Under the pieces are notes generated by a model that did no database searches, had not been told where the DNA came from, and saw nothing but the letters and a program-made list of their open reading frames with translations. From Balamuthia mandrillaris (lineage: Eukaryota): a stretch of DNA of 64,000 nt. Positions 1 to 13,396 of the stretch are shown here, piece after piece. Position 1 is the stretch's first letter. Every line of letters begins with the position of its first letter. Location: assembly GCA_031835245.2 (NCBI GenBank), contig JAVKOQ020000029.1, positions 248,001-312,000 on the forward strand, given 5' to 3'. A program made the position numbers and the translations under genes.

Positions 1-3000
1 GCCTTGCTACATCTTTGCCATCCTAATCCTGACATAAGACGACTGTGTCTTAAGTTTCTTCACGCGTGGAGCGTGCTTTGCAGTTCACATGATGAGACGA
101 GGTAATAGTGGTCCTTGTCTTGCACTATTTCTAATTATGATTCTGACAAGTATTCTACTTTGCAGTGCCTCACAAATATTATGTGCTCAGAAAGAAGCCA
201 TCATTCAAAAGGCCCGTTTTAGATTCCTATTAAATGCAGCAGAGGGAATTAGCAGCTCTGTATTGGTGGTGGGTACTCTGAATCGAATTTGGAAGCTCTG
301 TTTTGTTACTCATATTTGATTTTCCTATGTCATTTTCTTTTTTTTAAACAAATTCAGAGCCATGATAGTCCTATTCCCAGCATAAAAGAAATAGCCATGT
401 CTGATCAGACGGAGCTTTGGGCTTATATCCTTTGTGAGATTGGTAGAGCTTGTGTGGAGATGGTTTGTAGAGAATGTTTTTTCTCTTCGTTGCTAATCAC
501 GCTGTCATTCCTAGGGTCATGAGAAGACACTTGGCATTGTGCGTCGCTTACTGGAGGAACGCTTACAAAGTCTTCCAGCCTTGCCAATGGAAGAAACCCC
601 AGAACTGGCAAAGAAACGTGGTTTTTCTCATATCCTTGTTCATTCTTTCTTTTTTGTTTAACGTAGAAGTTTAAGGCGTTATGATTCTTTAACTCTTTCG
701 CACATTATCACATTTGGAGGAACTATGAAGCGCTCTATTTTGCTATAGCAGGAAGGGCAAGCGGTCCTTCCAGTAAGGCATTGTGGGAGCCGTACTTCCT
801 TCCAGAGGAGCAGGAACTGACTCCCACTGAAAAGAAAGAGCTGTACACCATACGACAAAGGCTGATGCTTCATATTTCTTCCCTCTTGCCAGTGGTTCTT
901 TCCGAGGTAGAATGGGTGCCAGAGGGTATTGTGCTAGCATGTGGTTCCATTCACTGGACTTGCACTAGCACACTAGTCGGTTCGCTGTTTCAATGGTACA
1001 CTGACGGAAAGCATTCAAAAAAGAAGAACAACAAAGCATGGACGGTTATGGCTCGGATATTACGGTAAGTTTCTTTCAAGCGAGATGTTATATGTATCCT
1101 GGTTGTAACCTCTTTTTTTTTTCCTGGTTCAGTCATATTGCCCAAGAGCCCAGTTTTAGGGTTGCCGTTCAAAAGGAACTCTTTCCCACACACTCTTCCT
1201 CTCCTCCTTCTGCTAAGACCAGAAAGAGCATCACTACTCCACCTCCAAGTATCCTTCAATTGCCCTCAACCCCCACGCCAACCACCTCTCCACTTTCGTC
1301 TCCTTCTTCTACTGCTCCTGCTCCTGTCCCTGCCCCTGCCCCTACTTCTGTTTCTATCACATCCTCCACCTCCGCTTCTACGCCCTCTGTTCCCGCCTTA
1401 TCCTCTTCCTCTTCCGGACCAGCTCCTTCTTCATCCACCAACCCAGCCATCTCTCACTCAGCCAAGTCATCTATCGACTTGGGACAAACCGTCTTTTCTA
1501 CAATTCCTCCCACCAGTACCATTTCCTCTGCTGCTGGTGGTCTCTCTGTGTCTTCAACTGGCGTTCAAACAGCATCAGCACCCTCACCACAAAATCCTAC
1601 TACAGGACCTCCTTCAGGAATCTTTTCCTCAAGCGGACCTCTCCTTACCTCTTCTTCCCACGGCTCTCCTTCGTCCTCTGCGTTTTCTACTATTTCTGCC
1701 GCTTCTTCTTCCTCCGCTGCCCAACAATACAACCGCCATTACTCAGCAGACTCGGGTGTAGTGTCTGTTCATGCCATAGTAGATATGTACATACGATTTT
1801 TGGCAGAGCTGCCTTCCGTTATGAAAGATATGGGCAAAGGCAGCGCGTTGCTCACTTCTTCGCCGCGAGCTGCTGGCTTTGCTGACAATGCCTTGTTAGT
1901 GAACTATCTGGCCTTAGCTCTGCATGAGCCTACCCTCTATGCTCTACGGGGTCCATTGCGACTCTCTGTCACACCCTCTACTCGCAGATGGTCCGCCAGC
2001 GAACGCCACACTTTGTACTCTTTTTTCAGCCAATGGCACTCCTCTGTCCGTCTTGTACGATACTTCTCCGCGCTCTCTCATTCTCACATTCGCCTTATTC
2101 TCTCCTATTCTCATTTCCTTATTCTCATTTAAATATTTACATCAGGATGAGGAAAGCAGTGAGATGGAACGACAACTCTCAAAAATCAAAGATCATCACA
2201 AGAGAGAAGAAAAACGGACTTCTTGCGAGGAATCACTGCGCCGAATACGCCTGTGCTCTCGCGTGGCCATTCAACATCTTGCCATGATGGGGCCTCTCTT
2301 TTTCGATGAACATCTGCACAACTTCGAAGACCATGTAGAAGCTTTGATAGAGTCGGTAAGTTTTTTAACTAATTTACTGTTGACTTCTTTGTCCTTTTGT
2401 GCTAAACTTATTTTTTCCCCCATGAGCAGGAGCAAGAAGGAAATTGCACTCTACGGTGGATTCTTGGATTTCATTTTCAATATGCCTTTCCTCTCTTTAT
2501 TGATGCGACATACTCGTAGGCTACTTCTCTTTGTTATTATTCTCGCTAAAACCGCTTATTTATTTGTTTGATTTTCAAAAAACTCAGGAATGACTCTGAT
2601 AGAGCGACAATGTTTATCAATGCTGTCTATGATCAGTTCTTAGAAGCGCCGGAACACGAAGACAAACCTCCTTCCAACAAAATTGATGCTGAAATCAGTC
2701 ATTACTTTCAATCGATGATACAACGTCGAACGAAGATAAGTAACCTTGAATCATCTTCTCTTCAATCTGAAGATGATGCTTTTGCGAAACGAGTTGTAGA
2801 AGCTGGTGGCGTTCTGCTTCATTTGAGTACGTATCTGGACTTTTACTTTCTGATGCTTGATTGTGTATCTCACCCGCAAGAATCCTTGAAATCCGCAGTC
2901 CTTATTCATATGATACACCCTTCTCCCCGTACTCGATGTCGTTCTTTTCATCTCATGTCACGTTTGGTACTAGAATATTGCATCTCCTGCGAGATCTCCT

Positions 3001-6000
3001 TCTTCTTTAATCTTCTCCTTTATTCTGTTCTGTGCATTATTTTCTGATTTTTTTTGCATTAAGGCCCCCACTTGCTTTGGTCTTAATCGCCAAGTTCCCG
3101 AGGATCGTCCTGCAACTCAACTGCGAAACTTGCTTGGTTCCTATACCGTACTGACTCTCTTTCCACTTTTGTGTTAGTTTTTCACTCAACCTCGGTTTGC
3201 AAACTTCAGCACGCGTTTACCTCTCAGCTGCCTGCAACATCGAAAGTTAACGCATTAAAGGCATCCGTCCTCGTAGCCAATGCTTGTTCCATGTTTACAG
3301 AAAAGCTATTCAAAGAAGCATTTGCTCGCGCCAAGTTTGTTTTCTTTGCCGAGTATTTGGTCCCCGTTTTTCTCATTTAACTGTCATTTATGCAGAGTTA
3401 TAAGCATTACCTTGAAGCGTTGGGTCATAGAATTTCTCCAGCCTTGGTGTGCAAATTTGCTACTTGATCCAGAGGTTTGTGGTTTGGAAAGACACATTAA
3501 ATATATCTGACTGTTCTCTCCTCCTCTTCTAGCGAACAAATCTTCGGGAGTTGACGCCGTCATCTTTTCTCGACAATGTGTATTGCAATTTTACTCTTGA
3601 CATAGCCCAGACAGACAAATGTGTGTTTCCTCCAGAGTTGATCCTTCTCTGGCAAAGTTTGGCAGAAAGGTCAGCGTTCTCTCTTCTCTTCTCTTTCTCT
3701 CTCTCGCTCTCTCAGGTAACTAAAGCAATACTGTTTGCAGATCGCCAAAGAATCATGCGTTCATTGTCAAATTTCTGTTAAAGAAATGTTGCGCTTCTCC
3801 ATCGGACATGGCTATTTGCAAAACAGTATGTATACTCGTCATTACCTTTTACGGCGGAGAATAACAAATAAGTGAAACTAGATAATGCTGCATTTGTATC
3901 GTCTCGACCCGCAAGCAACATTGGAACCGCTGATTTCTCATCTGTCGTTTGGTGGCATCATTGGCATCATGGGAAAGAGCAAGCATTATTTAGCAGGTTT
4001 GTTGCATTTATTATTCTTGCTTTTAACTTCTTCTCATTCTTACCTTATTTTTTGCTTTCATTTCAGCAACGGAAGGGAGCGACCTGCAATGTTCTCCAAT
4101 GGGTTCCATAGGCATGAACGTAGCGAATGTGACAAAAGACAGCGAATTGACTGAAACAATTAAGGATAATTCTGGCGTATCGCTGCCACGACGGTCCAGC
4201 AAGCCTCAACCACAGACTCCTGTTCCAGCCTCCGCTCTTCGACCAAAAATGGATGAAGTAAAGCAAAGGGTATATTTACAAGTTTTCGTTGTAGCTGTTT
4301 CTTGCTAATGTTTTGCCCGCTTCATCTTATCTCGGTGTACAGCATTTAAAAGAAATAGACGATCTGCGTCGCAGGAGCATGCGCAAAGCAAAAAAGACGT
4401 ATGACTATCGTGTAGCAGTTGCCGGCATAATCACCGACTTCATCACCGACGACATGGACTCGCTCTTGCCTCATCTTCACGTTCTCCTGACCTATACTTT
4501 GCTGCGGTTGGACTCTTCGGAGGCTCCCGTGCTGGAAAAGCTGTTTCCGTACTTGCTTCACGCGTTGCGGCTGAGACTTGTCTCGTTGGTTCAAGCAGGA
4601 GAGTTTTTGGAGAATAGGCCAGGTTTTGGTACTTCCGTGTCAGCACTTTCCGTGAAGGCCTACACCAGAAAGAGTGCTCCTTTGTTCAGGTTTTTGGACA
4701 CTATCTCGGCTTCCTTGTCAATGCGCTCGTTTCGGTTCAAATGGAACTTTAGCTTCTACCTGGACGTCAATCTGGAGGAATGCATGCATCCGCAAGAACT
4801 AGACGCTGCTTTCAAATGCAAACGCACCATTCCTTTCTTATCTTCTGTTTCAAGCCACCTGCATCACATTCACTATCATCAAGAAGAAGAAAAAGAGAAA
4901 GACAAGAAAACGGAAACTGAGAAGGACAGTTTGCCAGAACAACCACAGCCACAACAAGCTGCTTATCACAAACGTACTAAGTACGATTACAAACAGTTGA
5001 CGGAATGGAGCATTCACGGCATTGATGTTAGCGACTTCATCTCCACCATTTGCAAGTGCATCAAATGCATCAGCCCTGACATGGTGGTCAACTGGGGAGA
5101 AGAAACGCTGAACTGGGCCATAGGGTTCAAGGATCTCCGCCTCTCCACCAAAGCCCATCAGATGTTTAGAGCTATCCTTCTGCCAGAAAACGATGAAACT
5201 TTAGAGCAGCTCCTGCTTTCCCTGTTGGAATGCACCGAGAAGATGGAGGCCAGCGTGGAGACCACCATGTCTTTGCCCACGGCTGTAGCTCGCCAAAATA
5301 CATCCCACGGAAATGCCCTGCATCGCAAGGGAGGCAAGAAGCGACGCAAAGTGGTCGGCAATAAGACCATGCGCAGAGAGCAGATCAACGTTGCTCTGTG
5401 CAGAGGCAAGATGATAGAAATTTTGCTCACTTTGCAACGGATCGTTACTGCTAGAACCAACCATCGTCCAAAACATCACCAACATCAACAACATCATCCG
5501 GAGCAGCTGTGTCCAATGTTTTGGGTGGCAGTTGCGTTCCTGTACCCAACTGATAAGGCGTACAGTCGGCTGTACCATCAGGCATTAGTACTGCTGTCGA
5601 CGTTGGTTTCTGCTGGATTCTTTGATGCTCTATGTGAGGGTGACGAACTGCGAGAGGGGATGCTTCGCGTGGCGGCTGATCGCCACTTTGAGGGCATTCA
5701 GCCTCTTCTCTTTCAGGTTGTAAAACTTCTTTGTTTCATTTTATTGTTTTCTTTCTTATTCTTTTTCCTCAACAGGCTTTGTATTCTCCAACAACAGAGG
5801 AAGTCGGAGCAAGTCTATTAGCAATACTCTCCGAGTTACCTTCATCTCTGGCTTCTCTGGTAAATGCGTCCGCTTTCTCTGCCCCGTTGCTTGTTCTGGG
5901 CTTGCTTCCGTGGCTTCACCAAAAGCTCAAACTTACGCCCATTTTGACACAAGAATCATTCTTGGTACTTCCACCCCTTTGTTGTCCTCGCTTTTACCTT

Positions 6001-8068
6001 TTCATCTTTTCTTTTTTTCTCTCTTCTTTTCGTTTTCTGTTCCTGTCTAATCCCTGTTTTAAATGCAAGCCGGCTCATGTATGCAAAAAATTGGTCAGCG
6101 CTTTGCAAGCCAAACAAGCGGAACGGGAACCTGGTCATAGCAATGGTGGGAGTGGTGATGGCAAAGATGACTGCTGGTCTTTGCCGATGACATTGGATGC
6201 TTTGCAGTGCTATGCAGATGGCAAGTTTAATACGATGCCAGATATCTTTCTGGATCTCGTTTGTTCTGAACTTTATTCGTTGTGCTTTCCAACTTGTGCT
6301 TTTTATTTTTCAAGTACGTCTTTGTCCTGTTCTTCTTCTTCTTCTTCTTCTTCTTCTTCTTCTTCTTCTTCTTCTGTGTTTAACCATTGAAACGGTATAA
6401 GGTTTGCTTCATAGGATGTTGGTAGAAGGTCCCACATGTTTCGTCAACTCCATCTTTCGAATCACCCAAATCTTCATCTCTCAACCCGACAGTAAAGTTT
6501 ACATTCATGCCTTCAAAAATATCATCAAAGTACTCTTTCGCGTGCTCTTTTCTACTTTGCTCTCCGCCTCTTTCTTTCCCCCTTTCTCATTTCTGCGCCT
6601 ATGGTGCTGTTACTCACTCTCCTCTTTAAAGTGTGCCTCTGAAAGAGTGATTATCCGGGAAAATTACCAAGCGGCGGTGGCTCTATTAGAACATGCCATA
6701 TCAAGTTCTCCCAAACCTGGCGAAGAAGTGCCGCGAATGTTGGCACTCACAGGTCACAAACCACGAACTCCTGCCGAGTCGCTGAAGCGCTGCACAAAGC
6801 TAGTGCGCTGTGTGGTGCTCTCCCAGCAGGACAGCGAAAGCGAGGAGGACCTCAGCGCTGCTAGCGAGGAGGCTGGCATTCCGTTGAGCATGATGATCAA
6901 CACTAGAGTTTCCAGCAGACGTATATCTCGGCTTTATGAATACAGCCAAGAGTCTGAAGAAGAAGAATCTGAACACCACTACCAGCAACAACAGCTGGAT
7001 GACCTTGATGAGATTGACAATAGCAACAACAACAAGAACGAGGTTGCAGGCGAGGAAAAGGATCGAGGAGAGACGGAGAAAGAGTCTTTGAGCAGAAGGG
7101 TCACTTCAACGGTGTTAGAAGCATTTGGTCAAACCTTATTTTCTGATGAAGAAGACGACCGACTTAGGACTGGAGAAGATGAGGAGGACGTTGAAGAAGA
7201 TGATGATGGCGGGCTTCTGCCAGAACCAGAATTGGAGGAAATGCTGACTAAATCGCATCGCTCTTCTCTTGATAATGATGCTGCTCCTTCCACTTCTTCG
7301 CATTCTCGCTCTTCCTCTTTTACTGGCAGCAGCAGTGGAGGTGGTGATGACTTGCTAAGCTTTGTGGAAAGTACTTCTGGAACGTCTTCGGTCATTATTC
7401 GACCGGCAGTTAGTTCTGGAGATAATGCCGTTGCCACAAACAGTGGTGGCAACAATAATCATCACAACAACTCCAATGATGTCAATAACGTGAACTATGG
7501 TGGCAACGACGGAAACCTTATTTTGCAATTCAATGCCATTGCTCCTATTGAAGGACCTCTCGACACCAACCACAGCAACAATAAGATCCTCTCCTCCTCT
7601 TCTTCTTCGCTGGACGTTAAAATGGTATTAACACCACCGGTACAGCACAAAACGGATTCCTCAGAACAGATCAGCATTTATAACAAAAGTGGAGGAAAGA
7701 GCAGGTCACCACAATCCTCGACCACAACGTTGATAACGCCAACCACTCCAAAAGAGCTGAAGAAAGAAAAGAAGAAAGAGAAAAAGAAGAAGAAGAAAGA
7801 GACGAACAACAATAACAACGCCGCCGAAACGAGAAGCACTCGCAGTTCCAGCAACGACAACGCCAGCGGCAACTCATCGCTGCCGCTCCCTCCTTCTCTC
7901 CTTGACTCTGCCGGAAGCAGCGACGACTCGGGCTCGCAGCACGTCTCTCCCGTGAACAGCTCCAGCCCCAACCCTTCCCCTCGTTCTGTTGGCATCCTTT
8001 CACCTTCTTCTTCTTCTTCTCCTCTTCCTTCTCCACCAATGCTGACACTTAGTGAAGCGCATTTATAA
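1..8068 (+). CDS. Furry/Tao3/Mor2-PAG1-like cell morphogenesis scaffold; multi-exon, 5' part outside the window
   Basis: Chain of + strand exons with helical repeat character. The motifs FWVAVAFL...LYHQALVLL and FEGIQPLL resemble the Furry/MOR2-PAG1 C-terminal domain. A long S/N/E-rich tail ends at TAA 8066-8068. Confidence 0.65.
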
Positions 8069-8248
8069 CTGTAAACCAAACACAAAGGACGAATGGAGGA
8101 GGAGTGAAAAAAAAAAAGTATTTGCATTTCTTTTATAACAAAAAATAAAAAGACAAAAAAGACAAAAAAAAACAACCATCCAACGAGGAGAAGGGAATGG
8201 GCGGAGCCCTTGCTGCTGCTGTTATGCTTATGATTTGAGAAAAAAAAA

Positions 8249-9582
8249 ATGCAACAACCACCAGGGCACCGCCGAGACAACAGCAGTGCTCCCTCTTCAT
8301 CTGGTTCGTTTTTCTATTTTTTCACTTGACTGGTTTGCTTTGGAGGTTGATCGATTGAACCACAAAAAGAAGCGTTAACAAGATATGCCAAAGCCACGCC
8401 ATCGATCCAGTTCATCGGAGGGGTGGCGGGGGCAATGGCCGGCACCATAGCCGGCCACCCGCTAGACACTCTCAAGGTGAGGCTGCAAACCTCCCCCGCC
8501 GGTACCTACAGCGGCGCTCTCGACTGCCTCTACAAGACGCTCAAGTGGGAGGGTCCTCGGGGCCTCTTCAAGGGGCTCTCCGCTCCGTTGGCCACGCGCT
8601 CGATCATGCAGGCCAGCTCGTTCTACGGCTATGGCGTCATGCTGCCTCTTGTTCAGCGGATGGACTCAACCGCCTTTGGTGGTGGAGCGGAGGAGCGAGG
8701 CCAAGCGAAGCTGTGGCATTCCACTGTGGCTGGCGCTGCTGCTGGCGTTGTTACCAGCTTGGTCATTGCTCCCGGTGACCTCATTAAGATACGCTTGCAG
8801 ATACAGATACATGACTCTAGGTTCTCCTCTTTTTTTCTCTCCTTCTCTGCCCTCTGTTCTCTTTTTTCGCTCTTCTTTCCTTTCTTCTCATACAAGGTCA
8901 TATCACAGTGCGTTCCCTGGGCCAGTAGCAGGGACGAGAAAGCTGCTGCAAGAAGAAGGTATACGTGGCTTATACAGAGGACTTACAGCCACTGTCGCCC
9001 GTGAGATAGTGACGTGCAGCGTGTTCTTCACCTCGTACCTATCCAGCATGAAGTATATACAGCAGAGATGGCATTCTTACCATTCGACCAACGAAAAGAG
9101 TGGAAAGGAAGGAGGTTACAGCAGGTGGTTCGATACGATGGCGGCGTTCATAGCTGGTTGTGTGGCTGGTTCTTCCTGTTGGGCGGCCGCCTATCCCATT
9201 GATCTGTGGAAGAGCGAGGTTCAAAAGAGCGGGAAGGAGACCTACCAAACTTTTGCTAGCTATGTCTCGCAATGCATTGAACGTCACGGCATACGAGGTT
9301 TTGTTATCCTCTCGAACGTCACTCCCTTCCTCTTCTCTCTCTCTCTCGCTCTCTCGTTGTATAGTTGCAAGGGTTAATGTGGTGTTTGTGCTACATGAAC
9401 AGGTCTTTATAGAGGGTTATTTCCTACTCTGTTACGGTCGTTACCTGTGAACGGAGCCAAAGTACGTCCCTCTTTTGGCTCTATTTCTTTTGAATATGTA
9501 CGCTGACACTTTACGTATGATGTTGGTGTAGATGGTGGCTTATGATATGACTCTTCGGTGGTTGTTGGCTGATAAGGCGTGA
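8249..9582 (+). CDS. Mitochondrial carrier (SLC25; carnitine/ornithine carrier-like), multi-exon
   Basis: Three PX[DE]XX[KR] carrier signatures: HPLDTLKVRLQ, APGDLIKIRLQ, YPIDLWKSEVQ. Also GLFKG and GLYRG motifs. Confidence 0.93.
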
Positions 9583-9791
9583 AGTAGGCTAGTCCTTGCC
9601 AATTGATAGCGTTTCACGCCACAAAACAATAAAAAGTATGAATCATCTTACTTCTCATCAAGATTGCGCGACTTATGGATGAGAAGAGACAGGCCTGAAC
9701 TACGGTGCAGATAGACATGGCCTCGATGGCGACGTTGTGGAAGCAACGCGATGGAGGCACGCTGCAAATCCCTTAAAGTGAGTCTGTTGGG

Positions 9792-9917
9792 TTGGAATGA
9801 TTGAAATGCAAAGAATGCGTGCCGATGTTTGGAATGATTGGAATGCAAAGAACGACGACATAGAATGCAAACAATATATGGAATGTCAAGCAGACATCTG
9901 GAATGCAAAGAATGCAA
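9792..9917 (+). repeat. Degenerate (G)GAATG(C) repeat cluster upstream of the tRNA-IPT start
   Basis: ttggaatgattg(a/g)aatgcaaagaa at 9792 and 9829, plus further gaatg copies to 9917. Confidence 0.75.
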
Positions 9918-9947
9918 TAAGCAAAAACCAACGCAGCAAAGAAGAAC

Positions 9948-11128
9948 ATGATGTTGCGGCGCCACTTGTGCACTGCTGTTTCTTCGAAGCGGCCCAAAGT
10001 GATGGTGCTGGCGGGTCCCACCGGCATCGGCAAAACGGGTTTCTCCATGAAGCTGGCGCAACTGCTGAACGCCGAGATCATCTCAGCGGACAGCATGCAG
10101 GTCTACAAAGGCTTTGACGTTGGCTCTGGCAAAGTGTCGGCGGAGCAACGCGCAGTGGTTCCTCATCACCTTGTTGACGTGGTCAGTTCCCTGGACCAAA
10201 CTTTCTCCGCTGGCGACTTTTGGGAGCAGGCTCACCAAATCACTGAGGTTTTATTTGTTTCCACCACTTCTTTCGTTGCATTTTTTTTCTGATGAGAGTG
10301 GAGCAAACAGGACATCATGAAGAGAGGAAAGAACGTGGTGGTCGTTGGAGGTACAGGCTTTTACCTGCGGTGGTTCATACACTTGAAGCAACTTCCCAAC
10401 ACAAAAGTGGATGAGGAAATCAGAGAGAAGGTTAACCAGCAGTTAGCGGGGCTCAGCACAGGAGAGCGGTACATTTGATTTTGTATCCGTTCTTATTGCT
10501 CTTGCTCTTGCTCTTGCTCTTGCTCTTGCTCTTGCTCTTGCTCTTCTTGACCTGTTGGATCTGTTTAGATATCAAAAGTTGTTGGAGGTGGACAAAGAAG
10601 CGGCCAATAGGATCCCGCCAGGAGACACGTATAGAATACATCGGGCTTTGGAGCTTGCTGAGGTTGCCAAGCATAATCCCGAATGGAAACACATGAACTT
10701 TACCTTTGCTCCCTACCATGGTTTGTACACTGAGAGAAGAGCTAGGAGACGAGAGAAGGAGAATGCGGAGACGCACATGGAGAGAGAAGAGAGAGCGTAT
10801 GGCTTAAGTTTGGCATTTTGAACATCTCGAAATAGAAACGAAATACGACTTCCGGTGTTTCTATCTGAGTCGCTCTGATATTGAACAATTTAAGCATAGC
10901 ATTGATGCGCGTTGTGAACGCATAGTTAAAGCCGGTTTATTAGAGGTAAATCCTTTTGTTAACCTTTTTTCTTACGCATGCCCCTCACTGTCATACAAGG
11001 AAACATTGGGCCATATTGAAAACGGACTCAAATTCAAGTATCAGCCAGCCCGTGCCCTTGGCTATAACCAAGCCATGAAATACATTCTCTCGCCTATGGT
11101 CTCTCTCCTAGCTTCTCTCTCCTCTCTC

Positions 11129-11163
<35 letters not shown>

Positions 11164-11670
11164 TCTGCAACTCAACTTTTCAAATGTTATCATACTTAGA
11201 TACCATTCCTGTCTCGTGATTCTTTTTGTAGTTTTGTACGCGACTACCAAGACGCAACAAGGTTTCTTCTTCTTTTTCAACTCTTCTTTCTTCCTCTTCA
11301 CTCAAACAAAATCATCAACAGAAAGTTTGGCAGAAAACAGAAAGCGTTTTTCAAGCCAGACAAACTCTATCGTTGGATGCACCTAAACGACTTTGCCTCT
11401 GAGGAAAGTGCCCTGCAGCACGTACATCAGCATTGGCAGATGTCTCCTGAGGAGTACCTTCGCTCTTACGATCCCCAGCGAGAGGAACATCTGCGAAACA
11501 AAGAAACTCAACGACAACAAACGAGAAAGTTTGTTTCGGAATTTACGTTGCTAAAGGATCCACAAGTTCAGTACGGGATCATCTCTCCGTTGGCACCGCG
11601 TGTGCAACGTGTTCGACAAATGGTGGCAAGAGGGGAACTAAATCCATATGAGGAGGGCGAAAAGAAATAA
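9948..11670 (+). CDS. tRNA dimethylallyltransferase (MiaA/IPT family), probable mitochondrial presequence
   Basis: P-loop AGPTGIGKT, IISADSMQVYKGFDVGSGK, PHHLVD, VVGGTGFYL, IDARCERIVKAGLLE and ARALGYNQ across exons. Confidence 0.95.
10495..10546 (+). repeat. (CTCTTG)n intronic microsatellite
   Basis: Tandem hexamers inside a tRNA-IPT intron. Confidence 0.9.
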
Positions 11671-11737
11671 GCCACTTTGTTTGCAAGTTTTTGGTGAGAA
11701 ATAATAAAGAACAATAAAAAATAAATAACGAGAAAGC

Positions 11738-13396
11738 TTAGTGCAGGCGTGAGAGGAAAGAAGGCGCAACTTGTTCCTCTTCCTCCTCTTCTTCTTCCTC
11801 TTCTTCATCCCATTCTCGTTGTGTTGAAGAAACGGGGACAGAAAAAGAAGAAAGGAAAGGGTTGCTGGAGGAAGACGAAGTCATGCTTTCCAAAGATGGA
11901 GGAAAGAGAAACATGGACGAAGAAGAAGCTGAAGAGAAGCTCGCGCTGTTGCGAGTTGGCGATGTGGAAGGAATGAATGGCCGGTGGATAGAAGATGATG
12001 GGCTGGTGGCAGCAGTAGACAAGGAGGAGGAGTTGGTATACTTACATTTCTTTCGCCGAAGATGCACGGTCAGCCGCGTGGGTGATGGTGGAGATGATAA
12101 AGAAGTCGAGGAGGAAGAAGGTACGTGTGAGTCGGAGGGAAAAGGTTCGTCTGATGCTAAATAACGCTTTCGTTTGGGAGTTGTGGATAGAGAGGAAAAA
12201 GAAGAGGTAGAAGCAGGTAAAGATGTAGAAGCAAAAGAAAACGTATCAAAAGGAGAAAAATATAGAGACGAAGGAGATGCCAGAATAGCATGTTTGGTTT
12301 TGATACGTTTGTGAGATGTATGAAAGCGATGGTGAGAAGGAAGTGAAGAAGATTCGGCCTGAATAGAGGACGAAGAAGAGGTTGATCCAAAAGACAGTTC
12401 TTGCTGGTTACGAGAGTGATGTTGTGAATTAGATTGATGAGAAGGAGAGCGAAGCGGAGAAGACGAAGGAGAGGAAGAGGGGGAAGAAGAGGAATCCGCT
12501 TTCTTCCGCTTGACCCGTCCCAACACCCTCATCCGATAGATCAGCTCCGAGATGCATCGCTCCGAGGACTTGCCCTGCTCTCTCAGCCGCTTTAGCTCTT
12601 CGCGAAGGATCAATGCACGCAGCGCGCCCATCCGCGTTATGTTAGGGCAGAGAGCTAATACCTCGTTGAGTTGCTGCTGCGTGACGTTGAGGCCTCCGCC
12701 TTTCAATCTGCGAGAGGCGTAGAGACAGCTGATCTTCTCCATGAGCTTGTCCATGGCTTGCTCTTGGGTGTGTCCCTGGCTGCGTATCTCCTTCCAGCAC
12801 TCCTCAAAGCTGCGACGAAAGTCGGAGATGGCTTGTTGCAACGAGGAAGGCAGAGAGGCCAGAAAATTGGCCGAGACAGCACTTGCTCCTTCTATTGTCG
12901 TCATCGTTCTTGATGTTGTGGCTGGCGTTGTTGAACGTGTGTTGAGGTTGTTTCTGTTTTCGTCGTTGCTGATAGTGGCATCGGAAGCGAGTATCACTTG
13001 CTTTTCTGCAACAGCGAGTTGTTGTTCATCTATTTCTCCCTCTTCCTCTTCTTCTTCCTCTTCCTCTTCTTTCCGTTCTTGAGCTGTTGTTCTGTGCATC
13101 GACTCGTTGCTGTGGCGGTGGTTTTGAGAGAAAAAGGAATACGGAGAAGAAGGAAATAAGGGCATGCCTTGTTGATGGGAAGAGGGTTGGGGTGGTTCCG
13201 TCGTTATGTTCATGTTTGATGATATCGCTGAGTGTGAGGGAGCGACAGACTGGGCGAATTGAAAGAAAGAAGAGGGTGCCACGTAAGGAAAGAACGGGGC
13301 AGCGCTACTGCCAGTACTACTTCCTCCTCCGGAAAGGAAGAAATTGAACGGGGTGGAAGTCGTTCCATCATCATCATTCTCTTCGCTGCGTTGCAT
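11738..13396 (-). CDS. Hypothetical Ser-rich protein with a central helical domain
   Basis: 552-aa intronless ORF. Low-complexity ends flank an ordered core (LQQAISDFRRSFEE...ALRALILREELKRL). Basic NLS-like clusters are present. Confidence 0.7.
   Translation of the reverse strand: MQRSEENDDDGTTSTPFNFFLSGGGSSTGSSAAPFFPYVAPSSFFQFAQSVAPSHSAISSNMNITTEPPQPSSHQQGMPLFPSSPYSFFSQNHRHSNESMHRTTAQERKEEEEEEEEEEGEIDEQQLAVAEKQVILASDATISNDENRNNLNTRSTTPATTSRTMTTIEGASAVSANFLASLPSSLQQAISDFRRSFEECWKEIRSQGHTQEQAMDKLMEKISCLYASRRLKGGGLNVTQQQLNEVLALCPNITRMGALRALILREELKRLREQGKSSERCISELIYRMRVLGRVKRKKADSSSSPSSSPSSSPLRSPSHQSNSQHHSRNQQELSFGSTSSSSSIQAESSSLPSHHRFHTSHKRIKTKHAILASPSSLYFSPFDTFSFASTSLPASTSSFSSLSTTPKRKRYLASDEPFPSDSHVPSSSSTSLSSPPSPTRLTVHLRRKKCKYTNSSSLSTAATSPSSSIHRPFIPSTSPTRNSASFSSASSSSMFLFPPSLESMTSSSSSNPFLSSFSVPVSSTQREWDEEEEEEEEEEEQVAPSFLSRLH

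Noticed and set aside
9792..9917. CRISPR-like array
   Set aside because: The repeats are short, degenerate and irregularly spaced, and there are no cas genes.
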